Both the position numbers and the translations under genes were made by a program. From positions 16,554,001 through 16,618,000 of the forward strand of contig JBHGNT010000017.1 of the NCBI GenBank assembly GCA_043228905.1: 64,000 nucleotides of DNA. The letters are read 5' to 3'. The notes beneath the pieces are model-generated. The model had not been told where the DNA came from, did no database searches, and saw only the letters and a list, made by a program, of their open reading frames with translations. Origin of the DNA: Azolla caroliniana (Eukaryota > Plantae > Polypodiophyta). Positions 26,301 through 37,999 of this stretch are shown here, piece after piece (the stretch's first letter is position 1; each line of letters starts with the position of its first letter).

Positions 26301-27702
26301 CTAAGTTTAAATTCTACATGAAATGAGTGTTTGACATATATGATTGTATTTACAGTTACCGCCCAAAACACTGATTTAGAGTCCAAGAAAATTTCTACAT
26401 CTTAAAAGATGCTCATTTCAATACAATTAAATATCTCACCTGCGTCAACAAAAATGCCTCCAATGTCAGTCTCCAGAAGACACAATGCCACAGCCATAGG
26501 CATTAGTGATGTGCAAACCTGCAGTTTTTAATCATTCGAATTAAACAATCAGAGAATGACATAACATGCTGTAACTTGCCTCTGCGAACACAGTTCGAGT
26601 TGTGGCATAACTCATAAAATGCAATTATGTTTATTCTGGGTGATTGATCCCTTGCATATTGTTTGCATAATTAGTGGCACGATAGACTAAATGCGATTAA
26701 ATTCATTGTCAGTCGTTGATCTCCAAATGGATTGCATATTGTTTGAAAAATTAGTGGCATGGTAAGCTAATCCTGTGTGTGTAAGAATTAGGATTCCATA
26801 TTGAAGCTAGAGATAGATATATCAGGTGAAGGGATTTATCATTGCATTGTAGTGCCAGATATGATTTAGACACGAGACCCAATGCTCATGTATGCAATGG
26901 CATCATGATGATAAGATTTTTTTCGATGTCTCTAGAAGCTTCCAGACCTTTTTATATTACATTAGGACTTACAAAATCATAAGATGGGGATGTACTTGGT
27001 ATAATTCCACCACTAGCCAATGACATTCCAATCAGCAATGTCACCAATGGGGCCGACAATTTGCTCCCCCACTTTGTTTTAGCTTCGACAACCTGCAAAA
27101 CATAATTTTGACCACACATTTGATACAAGATTTTAACAAAAACACTCACCTTCTATTTCATTCTCTCAACAATTATACACACACACACACATAGAGAGAG
27201 AGAGAGAATAAACATGATTATGCTCACAATTCTTTATTTCTAAAGATACATTTAGACATAAAGAACGGCAAAGACTATTCTTCTCTTTTCTAAACAATTA
27301 TAGACTAATTCTACACAAGTGATGATAATTAGAACCCTGAAAACAGCAAATTTGATGCAACTACTGTGGCACATTTGGGTAAAAAAAATGAAAAAAAGAA
27401 GTTGGATTAAAAAATGAATGTAAGTGTAATAAATCATATAAAACCTGGCCAAAAGCAGCTGATCCTGCCAGAATGCAGAAGAGAGTATGGGTGGAGTCGG
27501 GAGGGACAATCGCCAAGGAAGCTCGAGGAGAACTAGATACTCTTCTTCTGAAGGAAACAGGAAGAGGAATAGATACACGTCTTCTGAAGGGAACAGGGGA
27601 ATGAGGGGAGGGGCCATAACAGAGAAACCCATGATGGTGATGGTGATGATGCACATACTGATGGTGATGGTGATGATGATGATGATGATGCCCATGATGC
27701 CC

Positions 27703-27736
<34 letters not shown>

Positions 27737-27783
27737 GGCAGATACAGGGCAGTATGTGGTAAACCCATCATCATCATCATCAT
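23340..27783 (-). CDS. DUF819-family multi-pass membrane protein, 12 exons (27783-27445, 27092-26973, 26518-26440, 25994-25891, 25713-25651, 25437-25311, 25031-24909, 24449-24301, 23925-23848, 23770-23714, 23602-23522, 23435-23340)
   Basis: A GT-AG spliced frame gives AAFGQ|VVEAKTKWGSKLSAPLV...ASYIGGTINY...AADNL...LVASNANIGGPATAAAMA..GW...PAVLVGTLGYAIGT...*, which are DUF819 motifs. Confidence 0.88.
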
Positions 27784-27984
27784 CAAGAATCAAGATTCAA
27801 CAGCAGCAGAGAGTGATAGCATGAGCAAAGATAGAGCTATCATGAACATTGAGTTCATGGCCAAGTTTAGTTAGCTATACTATATGTACTACTAAATGTA
27901 TATACCTAGCTACTATATCTTGGACCCCACGAACCCGTCCGTGGACCGTCGGTTCGATCTCTCGATTCGGCCTCTGAAGACGAT

Positions 27985-28164
27985 AATAGAATCTATCCAT
28001 CTATCTCTCGGCTCAAGTGCACGACATTTCGATACAGTTGCCCTTATGACACGCAATATATATATACAAGTTGCTTCAGATGCGTGAAAACACCTGATGG
28101 CCACTCTCTACGTGTGCTTGATCCGTGGTAATGCAATAGAATCTATCTATCTATCTATCAAACA

Positions 28165-28196
<32 letters not shown>

Positions 28197-28304
28197 CTCG
28201 GGTACACGATGTTTCGATACAATTGCCCTAATAACACCCTAAATACACACACACACACACACATGCTGCTTCGGTTGCGCCAAAACACTTGATGGCCTCT
28301 CTCT
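27985..28304. repeat. Diverged direct duplication (~150 bp x2) with embedded microsatellites, upstream of the DUF819 gene
   Basis: aatagaatctat...ctctcgg...ttcgataca.ttgccct...tgcttc.g.tgcg..aaaacac.tgatggcc.ctctcta occurs twice. Confidence 0.7.
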
Positions 28305-29799
28305 AGTAATGTCTTAGCATCAAACTTGTTTAATAACATTTTAGAAGTCCCAGACTCAATCCTCACAACCTCGTTTGTTTGGTTCCAATTGTTGCTCGAT
28401 CACCCGTCTACCCGTATTGTTCCCCTGCCTCACTCATGCACCTTTGTGTTGCTTGCCTCTCTTTCTTGGTCGGAGGGATGTCGATCAATCGTTAGCCTTG
28501 AACCCACAGATTATGCTTTCTATTTCATTTCCCCCTTCACAATTATTGCCAATGGCCACCTTCTTGATCAACAAAGTCATGGTTGATGGCCAATTTGGCT
28601 ATCCAATCGCTTATTTCTCATTCCCTCTTGGTTTTTCCATGGAGAGTCTTTCTCGACCCTCAATCGACAACAGTGCATGTGAACACCTCTTACCTTTAGA
28701 GAGTGTGATAAGCCTCTCATCTTTCTTCTTATAACCAACATTAAGAGAATTTGATAAGCCTCCTTCTTATGTCATCTCTTCACGAATCTCTTGTGGGTTG
28801 CAAGGAGTGTTAAAAACTAGGATTCAAGTTTGATCTAATCGGCCCTTCGGATAAAGAAGCTTATTTTGTATTGTATAGGCATATGTTGTGCATATCTTAT
28901 AAATGATATGGCTTGACAAACTTTCAAGCGTATGGTATGGTTTGTAAAGTTCAAGAATAATATACAAGGATAAATTTGAAGCCTCGATTCAAAGGAGATT
29001 GGTCAATTCATGTGAATATCCAATATTTTGCTTTTTGTCATAAATGTTTTCCTCAAGTTGTTATTGATATAGTTCTTGTACAATTGAGTAACTTGATGTG
29101 GCAATCGTTTACATTATGACTCCAACTCTAAACATTAAAATGGGAGGAAGAAGTTATCTTTATAAAGAATCATGGCAATAAGTATAGTGTAATATTGCTT
29201 TGTATTGTAAATGAGTAGCTAACACCTCTGAATCAAGTATGCTTGACTTATAATGTTTGAAGTGTCATTCATTATTAATGCACTTTAATGTAATCAGACA
29301 AAATATCGTTTATAGGTCATGACTAAAATTCTTAGACTAAAATGCATAGGATGATAACAAATTGTTGTAGTTTCTAATATCGAGCAAAGGGTTCATCATA
29401 AAAGTTCACTATGTTCTTCGAATATTTATACGACTCACATATTGCTTTCCATAACACAATTGGGTCGAAAATATGAAGTGCCACACTACCTTCTAGGGAG
29501 CATAAAGTGAAAGCGTAACACATGACCCTTTGTAAATAAATACTTGGGAGCTTTCGCCTTCAAGTAGTTCAATTCGCCAAACAGAATTTGTTGCGGCATC
29601 TTGGTTCCTGATCAAGAGAAGTAACAATAGAGTCGGTTTCACAGCTTGGTTCTACAAGGGATGGTACCTACTCATGAGAAACCAGTGTTCGCCCCGAGAT
29701 CTCATTGCGCTCCGGATTCACTAGTTATGCGTGCGGAGTGTGCTTTTCACATTTCGAATGAATGAGCTCTGGCTTTGTCATAAGCACCTACATAGGAGG

Positions 29800-30260
29800 C
29801 TGACTGTAGGTGCCTCGACTCAAACCACCCAAGAGTGGCGAAAGTTGTAATTCTGATGAAAAACCCATATCCAATTGATTGATCGTTCCATTGTCAGCAC
29901 AAGAGACGTAGAGGTGTCTAGGGCTTGAACCAGAGCCCACTCAAGGAGTGGCCAAAAGTTGTATTATGATTAAAAACCCTTGTCCTGGGGAGATCGATAT
30001 TTGATCATTCCGTGGTCGGCACTTACTCAAGAGACTCACTGACTGTAGGTACCCCCCCCGACTCGAACCACCCAGGAGCGGCCAAAAACGGTAGTTCTGA
30101 TGAAAAACCCTTGTCCTGGGGGGTAGATCGATATTTGATCGTTCCGCAGTCCGAAAGAGCAGATGTAGGCGCCTCTGAACTCGAACCACTCAGGAGTGGC
30201 CAAAGCTGTAATTCTGATGAAAAACCCATGTCATAGATACACAAAATCGATCGATTGATG
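29800..30260. repeat. Four diverged ~120-bp tandem units upstream of the PPR gene
   Basis: gtag...aacca...gagYggc.aaa...t.at.aaaaaccc recurs at ~29806, ~29908, ~30044 and ~30164. Confidence 0.8.
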
Positions 30261-30382
30261 CTGTGATATGAACCAAAAAATGCCCATCAGTTTTTTGGAA
30301 AAAATATAAAAATAAAAATTGCCCATCAGCTTCAAGCTACCCCAAAATTCCTGATCAGATGGAGTGAATATTCAGGATTGTA

Positions 30383-32479
30383 ATGATGATGATCGGCTTG
30401 CATCTGAAGGATTACCTTCTGGACCCTTCTTCTCAGTCCTGCGAAAACAGAGAAAACCCTAAGGTCAGCTCTCATTCTCTCTCGATAAGAAGAAGCTCTT
30501 CCTTAAGATCAAAAGATGAAGAAGAAAAGGAAAAACAAGAAGGTCGAGAAGATAAGCCAAATGGCCGTCTATCATCTACTGCCCATGTTTTGTCCATGTT
30601 GAAAGATTGTGCCAAAGAGAAGGATCTTCACAAAGCAAACATCATACATAATGATATTATCAAAATGGGTGTAAAGAAAGACAATGTCTATGTAAACACA
30701 GCTATAGTGAACATGTATGCTAAATGTGGTGCTCTTACAGAGGCTCAACAAGTGTTTGATAAGCTTTCTTTCAGAAACACGGCTGCGTGGACGGCCCTTA
30801 TCTCAGGATATGTCCAACATGGGCATAGTGTGAAAGCTCTATACTGCTTCCAGTGTATGCAGAAGGAAGGAATATCCCCCAATGAAGTCACTTTTGTTTG
30901 TATGTTGAAAGCTTGTGGCAGCATAGGGGCTGTTCGTGAGGGTGAAGATATATATGCTGAGATAGTTAAAAAGGGGTTTCTTGAAAATAATATATTTGTT
31001 GGTAATTCGGTTGTTGATATGTATGTCAAATTTGGCAAGGTTTGGAAAGCTAGAGAAGTGTTTGATGGGCTTCCCTTTCGGGATGTAATCTCTTGGACCA
31101 CTTTAATTTCCGGATATGCTGAACATGGTCAATGTGAAGAAGCACTGAAATGTTTCGAAGCGATGCAAGGGGAAGGTATCTATGCAAATGCAGCGACATT
31201 TGTTTGCATTTTGAAGGCTTGTTCCTCTTTAAGAGATGTTCACAAGGGCCAAGAAATACATGATAAGGTTGTTAAGGAGAGGTTGCTCCAAAAGGATGTT
31301 GTCATTGGTAATGCATTAGTGGATATGTATGCAAAATGTGGTGAGCTTATGAAAGCCCGAGAAGTATTTAATGAGCTCAGGGTCAAGAACGTCGTCACAT
31401 GGACAGCATTAATCATGGGGTATGTTCAATATGGGCATAGTAAAGAAGCACTAAACCTTTTCAGCCAAATGCGAAGTGAAGGTGTGCCACCCAATGCCAT
31501 CACATTTGTTTGCATCTTGAAAGCTTGTGGCAATATCTACGACATAGAGAAGGGTGAAGAAATACATGCCGAGATCTCCCAAAAGAGGCTTCTTGAAAAC
31601 AACATTTTCCTTGCTACTTCATTAGTTGATATGTATGCTAAATGTGGTGTTATCATGAAAGCAAAGGAAGTTTTTGATGAGATTCGAGCTCCTGATATAG
31701 TCTCTTGGAATGCATTAATTGGAGGATACGCTCAACATGGTTATGGCGAGGAAGCACTAGATTGTTTTGAATGCATGAAACATCGATGCCACATCATCCC
31801 CGATGCATGTACTTTTATCTGTGTCTTAAAAGCTTGTGGAACCATAGGGGCTGCCACCAAGGGCCGAGATGTATTCTCCGAGATTGCAATGACCGAACTA
31901 CCAAAAAAGGATATCATGGTCGCCACTGCATTAATCGATATGTATGCAAAATGTGGTGCACTTGTTGAAGCACAGATAGCATTTGACCAGCTCTTAACTA
32001 GGGATTTAATCTCATGGAATGCACTTATAACAGGTTATTCTCAACTTGGAAGGGACGATCTTGTTTTGAAATCATTAGATAAAATGGTGGAAGAAGGCAT
32101 AAAACCGAATTCAACTTCTTTCTTGATTCTACTGAAAACATGCTGCTATTTGGGCCTTGTAGATAAGGGCAAATTTTTCTTTAAGATAATGAGCATATGT
32201 TATGACATTATGCCAAATTTACAGCATCACACTTCTATGACTGATCTTTTTAGCCATGCTGGCCTATTTAATGAGGCAACCGAGGTTATAAAAAAAATGC
32301 CTTTTTCGGACGATCTTACAGTATGGCATACTTTGTTGGATATCTGCCAGAATTCTGGAAATGTTGCGCTTGGAAAATTGGCCTTTGAAAATGCCTTACA
32401 ATTGGATGTAAAAGATCCTTTAGCCTATATATTCATGAGTAATATTTACGCGACTGCGATGCGAACAAGATCAGCTTAA
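30383..32479 (+). CDS. PLS-class pentatricopeptide repeat protein with E domain and no DYW (organellar RNA-editing factor type)
   Basis: Intronless 698-aa ORF with repeated VDMYAKCG / WxALIxGY / TFVCILKAC motifs and a C-terminal E motif (MPF..D..VW.TLL..C...GN...AYIFMSNIYA). Confidence 0.95.
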   Translation: MMMIGLHLKDYLLDPSSQSCENRENPKVSSHSLSIRRSSSLRSKDEEEKEKQEGREDKPNGRLSSTAHVLSMLKDCAKEKDLHKANIIHNDIIKMGVKKDNVYVNTAIVNMYAKCGALTEAQQVFDKLSFRNTAAWTALISGYVQHGHSVKALYCFQCMQKEGISPNEVTFVCMLKACGSIGAVREGEDIYAEIVKKGFLENNIFVGNSVVDMYVKFGKVWKAREVFDGLPFRDVISWTTLISGYAEHGQCEEALKCFEAMQGEGIYANAATFVCILKACSSLRDVHKGQEIHDKVVKERLLQKDVVIGNALVDMYAKCGELMKAREVFNELRVKNVVTWTALIMGYVQYGHSKEALNLFSQMRSEGVPPNAITFVCILKACGNIYDIEKGEEIHAEISQKRLLENNIFLATSLVDMYAKCGVIMKAKEVFDEIRAPDIVSWNALIGGYAQHGYGEEALDCFECMKHRCHIIPDACTFICVLKACGTIGAATKGRDVFSEIAMTELPKKDIMVATALIDMYAKCGALVEAQIAFDQLLTRDLISWNALITGYSQLGRDDLVLKSLDKMVEEGIKPNSTSFLILLKTCCYLGLVDKGKFFFKIMSICYDIMPNLQHHTSMTDLFSHAGLFNEATEVIKKMPFSDDLTVWHTLLDICQNSGNVALGKLAFENALQLDVKDPLAYIFMSNIYATAMRTRSA

Positions 32480-32589
32480 TCTCATCATCAAGATCGCCAC
32501 ATATTTTAACTTGTTATCTCTTGGCCTGTTTCTCTATGTTGAAGATTGAAGGGTTCCATGTGACATACAGCATCCACAAAACGAGGTAT

Positions 32590-33325
32590 GTGGATGCTAA
32601 ACTTGAAACCAAGCTAGAGGGATGTATTCATTTACGTATGTATGCCGGCCCAAACTGAGAGTGCCAGAGAAATGTGTATTTTGGGAGTACTTCATCGGTA
32701 CAAAGCAAATGGTGAATGTGGAGATGTTAGGATTGCTGAAATATTTTCCTCGCACACGTCTCAACGTATTTGGGATAATTGCACTCCTCTGCTTTGCACT
32801 GGACTTCTACCAATTTGAGTGGTCAAGACTCATGTCCGAACCCTAACATGCTCACCGGAGATCTTCAAAGCATTTGGGGAGGTAGATTGCAATTTTGGAG
32901 CAGTTCACAACAAACTTTATATCCAAGTGCAAGATGTCTCTAACCAAAATTTGGTGGATGCTAAGCATGAAACCAATAAGAATGTAATGCTAGAGGGATC
33001 ATGTATTCATTTATGTATGTATGCTGGGCCAAAATGAGAGCATCAGAGAAATGTGTATGTTGGGAGTACTTCATTGGTACAAAGCAAATGGTGAATGTGG
33101 AGATGTTAGTATTGCGGAAATATTTTCTTCTAATTCTTCTCAATGTATTTGGGACAATTGTATTCCTCTGCTTTGCACTGGACTTCTACCAATTTGAGCG
33201 GTCGAGACTCATGTCTGAACCCTAACATGATCACTGGAGATCTTCAAAGCGTTTGGGGAGGTAGATTGTGATTTTGGAGGCGCCCACAACACATTTTATA
33301 TCCAAGCACAAGACGCCCCTAATCG
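32590..33325. repeat. Tandem duplication, ~379-bp unit x2, between the convergent PPR and HKT 3' ends
   Basis: Near-identical blocks; paralogous short ORFs at 32622 and 33001. Confidence 0.9.
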
Positions 33326-33659
33326 AATTTTGGGCTTTGGCGTATGCCTACAAGTAAGACAAAAAAGTTTGTGCTGGGTGTGCTTCCATAGTTTCAAATT
33401 ACACAAAGAAAAAGGTTTTAATATTACAATTTTTTGCACTTTTGTGATTCCATGCAGACATTGAAGAGACGGGGAAATTGATGGATGACCAATGTCGGAG
33501 AAGAAAGAAATTAGATCTGATCGATTAAGGTCCAATAACAACAAGAGAGTATCGGATCTGGCCATCTTTGATGATCACAAAGTATTGGATACACATGCAC
33601 TGACATGTATCTTAATTCCATGTCGTAATATAAGTACTAGAGATAGGTGATAAGTGTAA

Positions 33660-33836
33660 GATGATCCTAGATAGTATTGTTGTTATCATACAAGATGATC
33701 CTAGATAATACTGTTGTTATCACACAAAAATGATCCTAGATAAATTTTTTGTTATCATACAAAATCATCCTAGATAATATTGTTGTTATCACACAGGATG
33801 ATCCTAGATATTGTTGTTGTTATCATACAAGATGAT
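33660..33836. repeat. Minisatellite, ~34-bp unit x5, just downstream of the HKT stop
   Basis: gatgatcctagata...ttgttatca.acaa is repeated. Confidence 0.9.
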
Positions 33837-33932
33837 TGTTTAGTAGCGATTTTTACAGTTGGTAAGAAGATTTGTCACTTTGATATTAATTGTCCAGAAT
33901 GACTCCTTCAAGAGTATAACATTTATAATATG

Positions 33933-35732
33933 TCAGACTGTGTCCTTGCGAATACCTCTATGCCTTCCAAGAAACATCACGAAGATCAGAATTGTCTTTC
34001 CCATGGGACTCCATTTTCGTGACAAGCAGTATGGAGGGTCGATGCAAGCATCTGAGGACAAAAGTCTCGATGCACACTTGTAGCCAATAGAGAGTCCAAC
34101 ATTGCCATATGCACTGCAATAAGAGACACAAGTTTAGTGCTAGGTGATAAATGTAATAAGATTGTTAGGTGATAAATCGTATACTTTACCTGATAACCTC
34201 GAACATAATATTGAAGATGGAGAAGTTAATTGGGTCTAATGCCATTTTGTGTCTTTCTGATATATAGATAAAGAACATAGCCACAATAAGAAAATAGTAT
34301 TTCAAAGCCTTGTCTTCTCTTCTAGAAGCCTTGTGGTTTTGTTGCTTGACATTGTGTGTTGGAAATATGTTGATAGGATAAGGTTTAAGGTACCTACAAG
34401 AAGAAAGTGTCATTCTTTTTGTCCTAAATGGAAAATTTATGAACTTAAGTCAATGCATATATAAAGATGTAGACAAAAGAGTACGAAATAAGGTGGAGAG
34501 ATTTACATCATGATTAATATTATAAACAAAGTTGGTGCCGATAATAATGCAAGATCCATCACGTTCATGCCGGCACTTCGAGTTGTGATTGATTGAAATA
34601 ATGCATCCACCACCCTATACCCTGGTCCAATCCCTTGGAAAACTTTTGAGTTCCAATCGAATACCAATATGCATATCAGTTGTAAACCATTAATTAACAC
34701 TACACTGGTCAACAATGATGTATTTTCTTTTGGAGGAAATAAGTGGGCAAAATGTTTAGGCCTCTTGAGCAAGTAACCATATATTTTCTTTCCCTTCCCT
34801 GTTGACCTTTTATAAAGGATCCATATTATAAAATGTAAAGTAGGGGCATACATGGTGTTACCTAGAAGCATTAACACATTGAGAGAAATGAGAAATAGGG
34901 ATGACCTTCTCAATGGCACTAAGTTCTCGTCTAATAACATGAACCCACAATTTCCAAACGAAGAAATTGTTGAAAAGATAGAAAAAAATAATGAATTTAC
35001 ATCATTAGTTTGTAGGACTCTAATTGTGTGTGGACTAAGTATGATGCAAATTTGGCATGCCAAAGAACCTATCACGATGCATGCAATGTAATAGCATAGA
35101 ACTATATATGTTAAGATTTTGTGCGCATCATTTCGAATATCTTGATGCACCATTTGCCTTACATGTTTTGGGAGGTTTACTTCATGAATTGATATGGCTA
35201 TATCAGATTGAGGTTGAGTTTTATGAGTAATTTGAGACGAAGCCTTGTGACCTAATAATTTGAAATAGGAAATAGAGGCGGTAAGTGTTGGCATGGAGGC
35301 CGACCTTCCTAGTTTTGATTTGAAATTAAGATCATAATGGATTCCATTGCTTGTCTCATCATAATACCTCGTATAAGGATATAGTCTTTGTATGAGAAGG
35401 GACATGAAAGAAGTGAAGACTTGGCTACCAAATGCCATGAGTAAAAGAAGGGTAACTTGGTCCAAAATCGACAAGGTATGCATCTCCACATTTGTGAGTC
35501 CCGTCTCTGTGAATGCAGAGACACTACTAAAAAGAGCATCTATGAAAGGTAGAGGCATAGAACCCATGCGTTTTGGAGACATCCATATCGAGAGAGAGGC
35601 TACTAGAGAAAAGAACAAGAAGTAGAGAATGAGAAGGCAATGAAGACAATGTTGTCTTATCCATTGCTTGGAAAGATACTTGACTTGAAACATGTGTTTA
35701 TATTGAGCAAATGCAGTTGGTGTAGACACCAT
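33933..35732 (-). CDS. HKT: HKT/Trk-family K+/Na+ transporter; exons 35732-34507, 34393-34190, 34113-33933
   Basis: Four pore loops (SAFTETGL, SSFGNCGF, TTRSAGM, SAYGNVGLSIGY), MM|YL, FNIMFEVIS, terminal VMFLGRHRG. Two 3' introns at the usual HKT positions. Confidence 0.93.
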
Positions 35733-37999
35733 GTGTGTAAATGTTCAAGTGATGGCAAGATTTCCTCAACAAGATATACAATGCTCACATTACTTAACCC
35801 GTATTTCAACAACCTAAATAGAGATGCAAGCAACAATAGATCCTTTAAATATTCTTTGGAGTTACTAGTGCTTGCTTTTCATATTAATAATGGATAAAGT
35901 GAAATATTGACTTTATTTATAATAATAAGAAGTGTCTAGACTTATGGATGTCACTCCATGATTTCTCCCTAGATATATTTTAGTACCATACAATTATAGT
36001 ATAAGATCTAGTAGATGGTAACCTTTATGCCAGGAGTCCTCAACTCTTGTGCATGAAAGGAAATTTAGAAATAGATGGATTGTAATGGAAGATGGTTGTT
36101 TGGGAAAGGGCACATAAATCTTAAACCTTTTATTGTTTAGATTAATATTGATAAATGGCAAAATGTCTAAAGACCGTGTCTATGGGATGGTGGCTTTCAA
36201 ACCATAAAACCCACAATTTCGGAAAACCTTTTTTTACAGGTTTAAAGTTTTATGAATTAACTCAATTTGCTCTAATGCTAACTCCTACTATGATAGAATA
36301 CTAATATGTCAATCATATATGGGCTATCATATATACTTCTTAAAGGTTAAATCATGCATTAAAGGTGTTTGCGAATCATTTGTACCACAAGTATGTAATT
36401 CTCTAAGTGGAATAATAACATATCATGCCATTATTTGGTATAATAATATATAATTCCTCGAGCTAATTAGGTTTAGGGTTTCAAACCATAAACCTCAATA
36501 TTTTGTAAATATTTTCATCCACAAGGCGAATGCTTTAATGATTCGATTGAATTTGTTTCAACGATGTGTCGTTCTACTGTAAGTTGAAACCAATAGGTAA
36601 TAATATGCCACAACTGTGCACATTTCTTCATAAATGAATCATGATAGATGATTCTTTTAATGCCTTCACGAAACGACTAAAAATGTGCCAACAAAATGTA
36701 ATGCACTAAGTTGAGTATTAATATACCTTTGTTTATTTGGAATAATAATAGATAATGCATCATTGTAATGAAGTCCAATGAATCAAAACATGTTCTCATA
36801 ACCACAATTTTAAGGTACACATGCACATGGAATAGATCGTTAAACTTGTGTGAACCAATGAATAATTCAACTTAACTATCCTATCACCTCTTTAAAGGAG
36901 GTCACGAGAACATTTCAAAATGAATCACATTATAATGGTACATAATATTCATTTGCAAAACATTTTAGCACACTCAATCCGGAGATTAAAATAATAATGC
37001 ATTTGTGTATATTTAAACAAGTTTGGTAGAAAATATATGCACGCATATCTCCAATCGAATAACATCAAACAATAATTTCCTCATATAATGCAAACCCAAA
37101 AGTTGAAAAAGGTTCATGAAATTCCGTTTGAAGGCTAAAATCAACAAATACCTTATGAATCCAAATTGATTCTAGCAAGAATTTTTCTTTGAAACCATAA
37201 ATTTATGACAGTGAGTGTCACACTCTAAAACCAGTACCTTTGGTTAACAATAAGGACAACCATGAGAGGATACGTGTTGAGGTCGGCTCTGTACTGTCCT
37301 ATCCGCAGATGACAAGAAGTTCATATTGTTACATATGCGTAATATAAAATTAAACTATAAAACTAAGTTTGAAAACCATAGCTTGAAACCTATGCACATA
37401 TACCAATTTCCATATTCTTTCTACAATATTTGGCATTTGTGATCATGAGTTTCAATAGGGCCTGCTATTTGTTGTCGATCAATAATTGGTTTGATATCTT
37501 TTGTTGGCTCTTATTTGATGGCTTTAAAATGTTGAGAACAACGTTTAACCACACTAAATCTCTTAATAGTACTAAATCTCATATTAGTTTTCATTCAAAA
37601 GCTAGCTCAAAGAGCAATACTGTTGGTAAGGACAAAGATAGAAGTTACAAACTTCAAGAGAACATCTCGATGAATATCAAGCCAAAAACATTTGTAATTT
37701 GCGGTAAGGTACCTATGTATTTGTTAGAAAAGAGGAAGGATTTTTAAGCACATTTTCTTGATTGAGCAAGGGTTTATTATTTCCAATTTTTATGTTACTA
37801 AGTCTACGATGAAGCTTACCACATTGAATTTTATTGTTTGGCCACCCTTTGTGAGGACACTTTTAAGTTGGTGGTATATGTTTGTTTTTTTTCAATAATG
37901 TTTCTAGTTCTTATATTTTTCTCAAGTACTTCCATGCATTTGATCTAGGCAACAATAATTGTGTGCATGCATTTTAAGGCAATTCAAATAAGTAGTTTT

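Noticed and set aside
29860-30230. Repeated CTGATGA as hammerhead ribozyme cores
   Set aside because: No stem II closing onto a correctly placed GAAA could be found in the units.
6908-35732. The five genes as a functional or biosynthetic cluster
   Set aside because: The functions are unrelated and only one is a small-molecule enzyme; nothing in the sequence indicates co-regulation.
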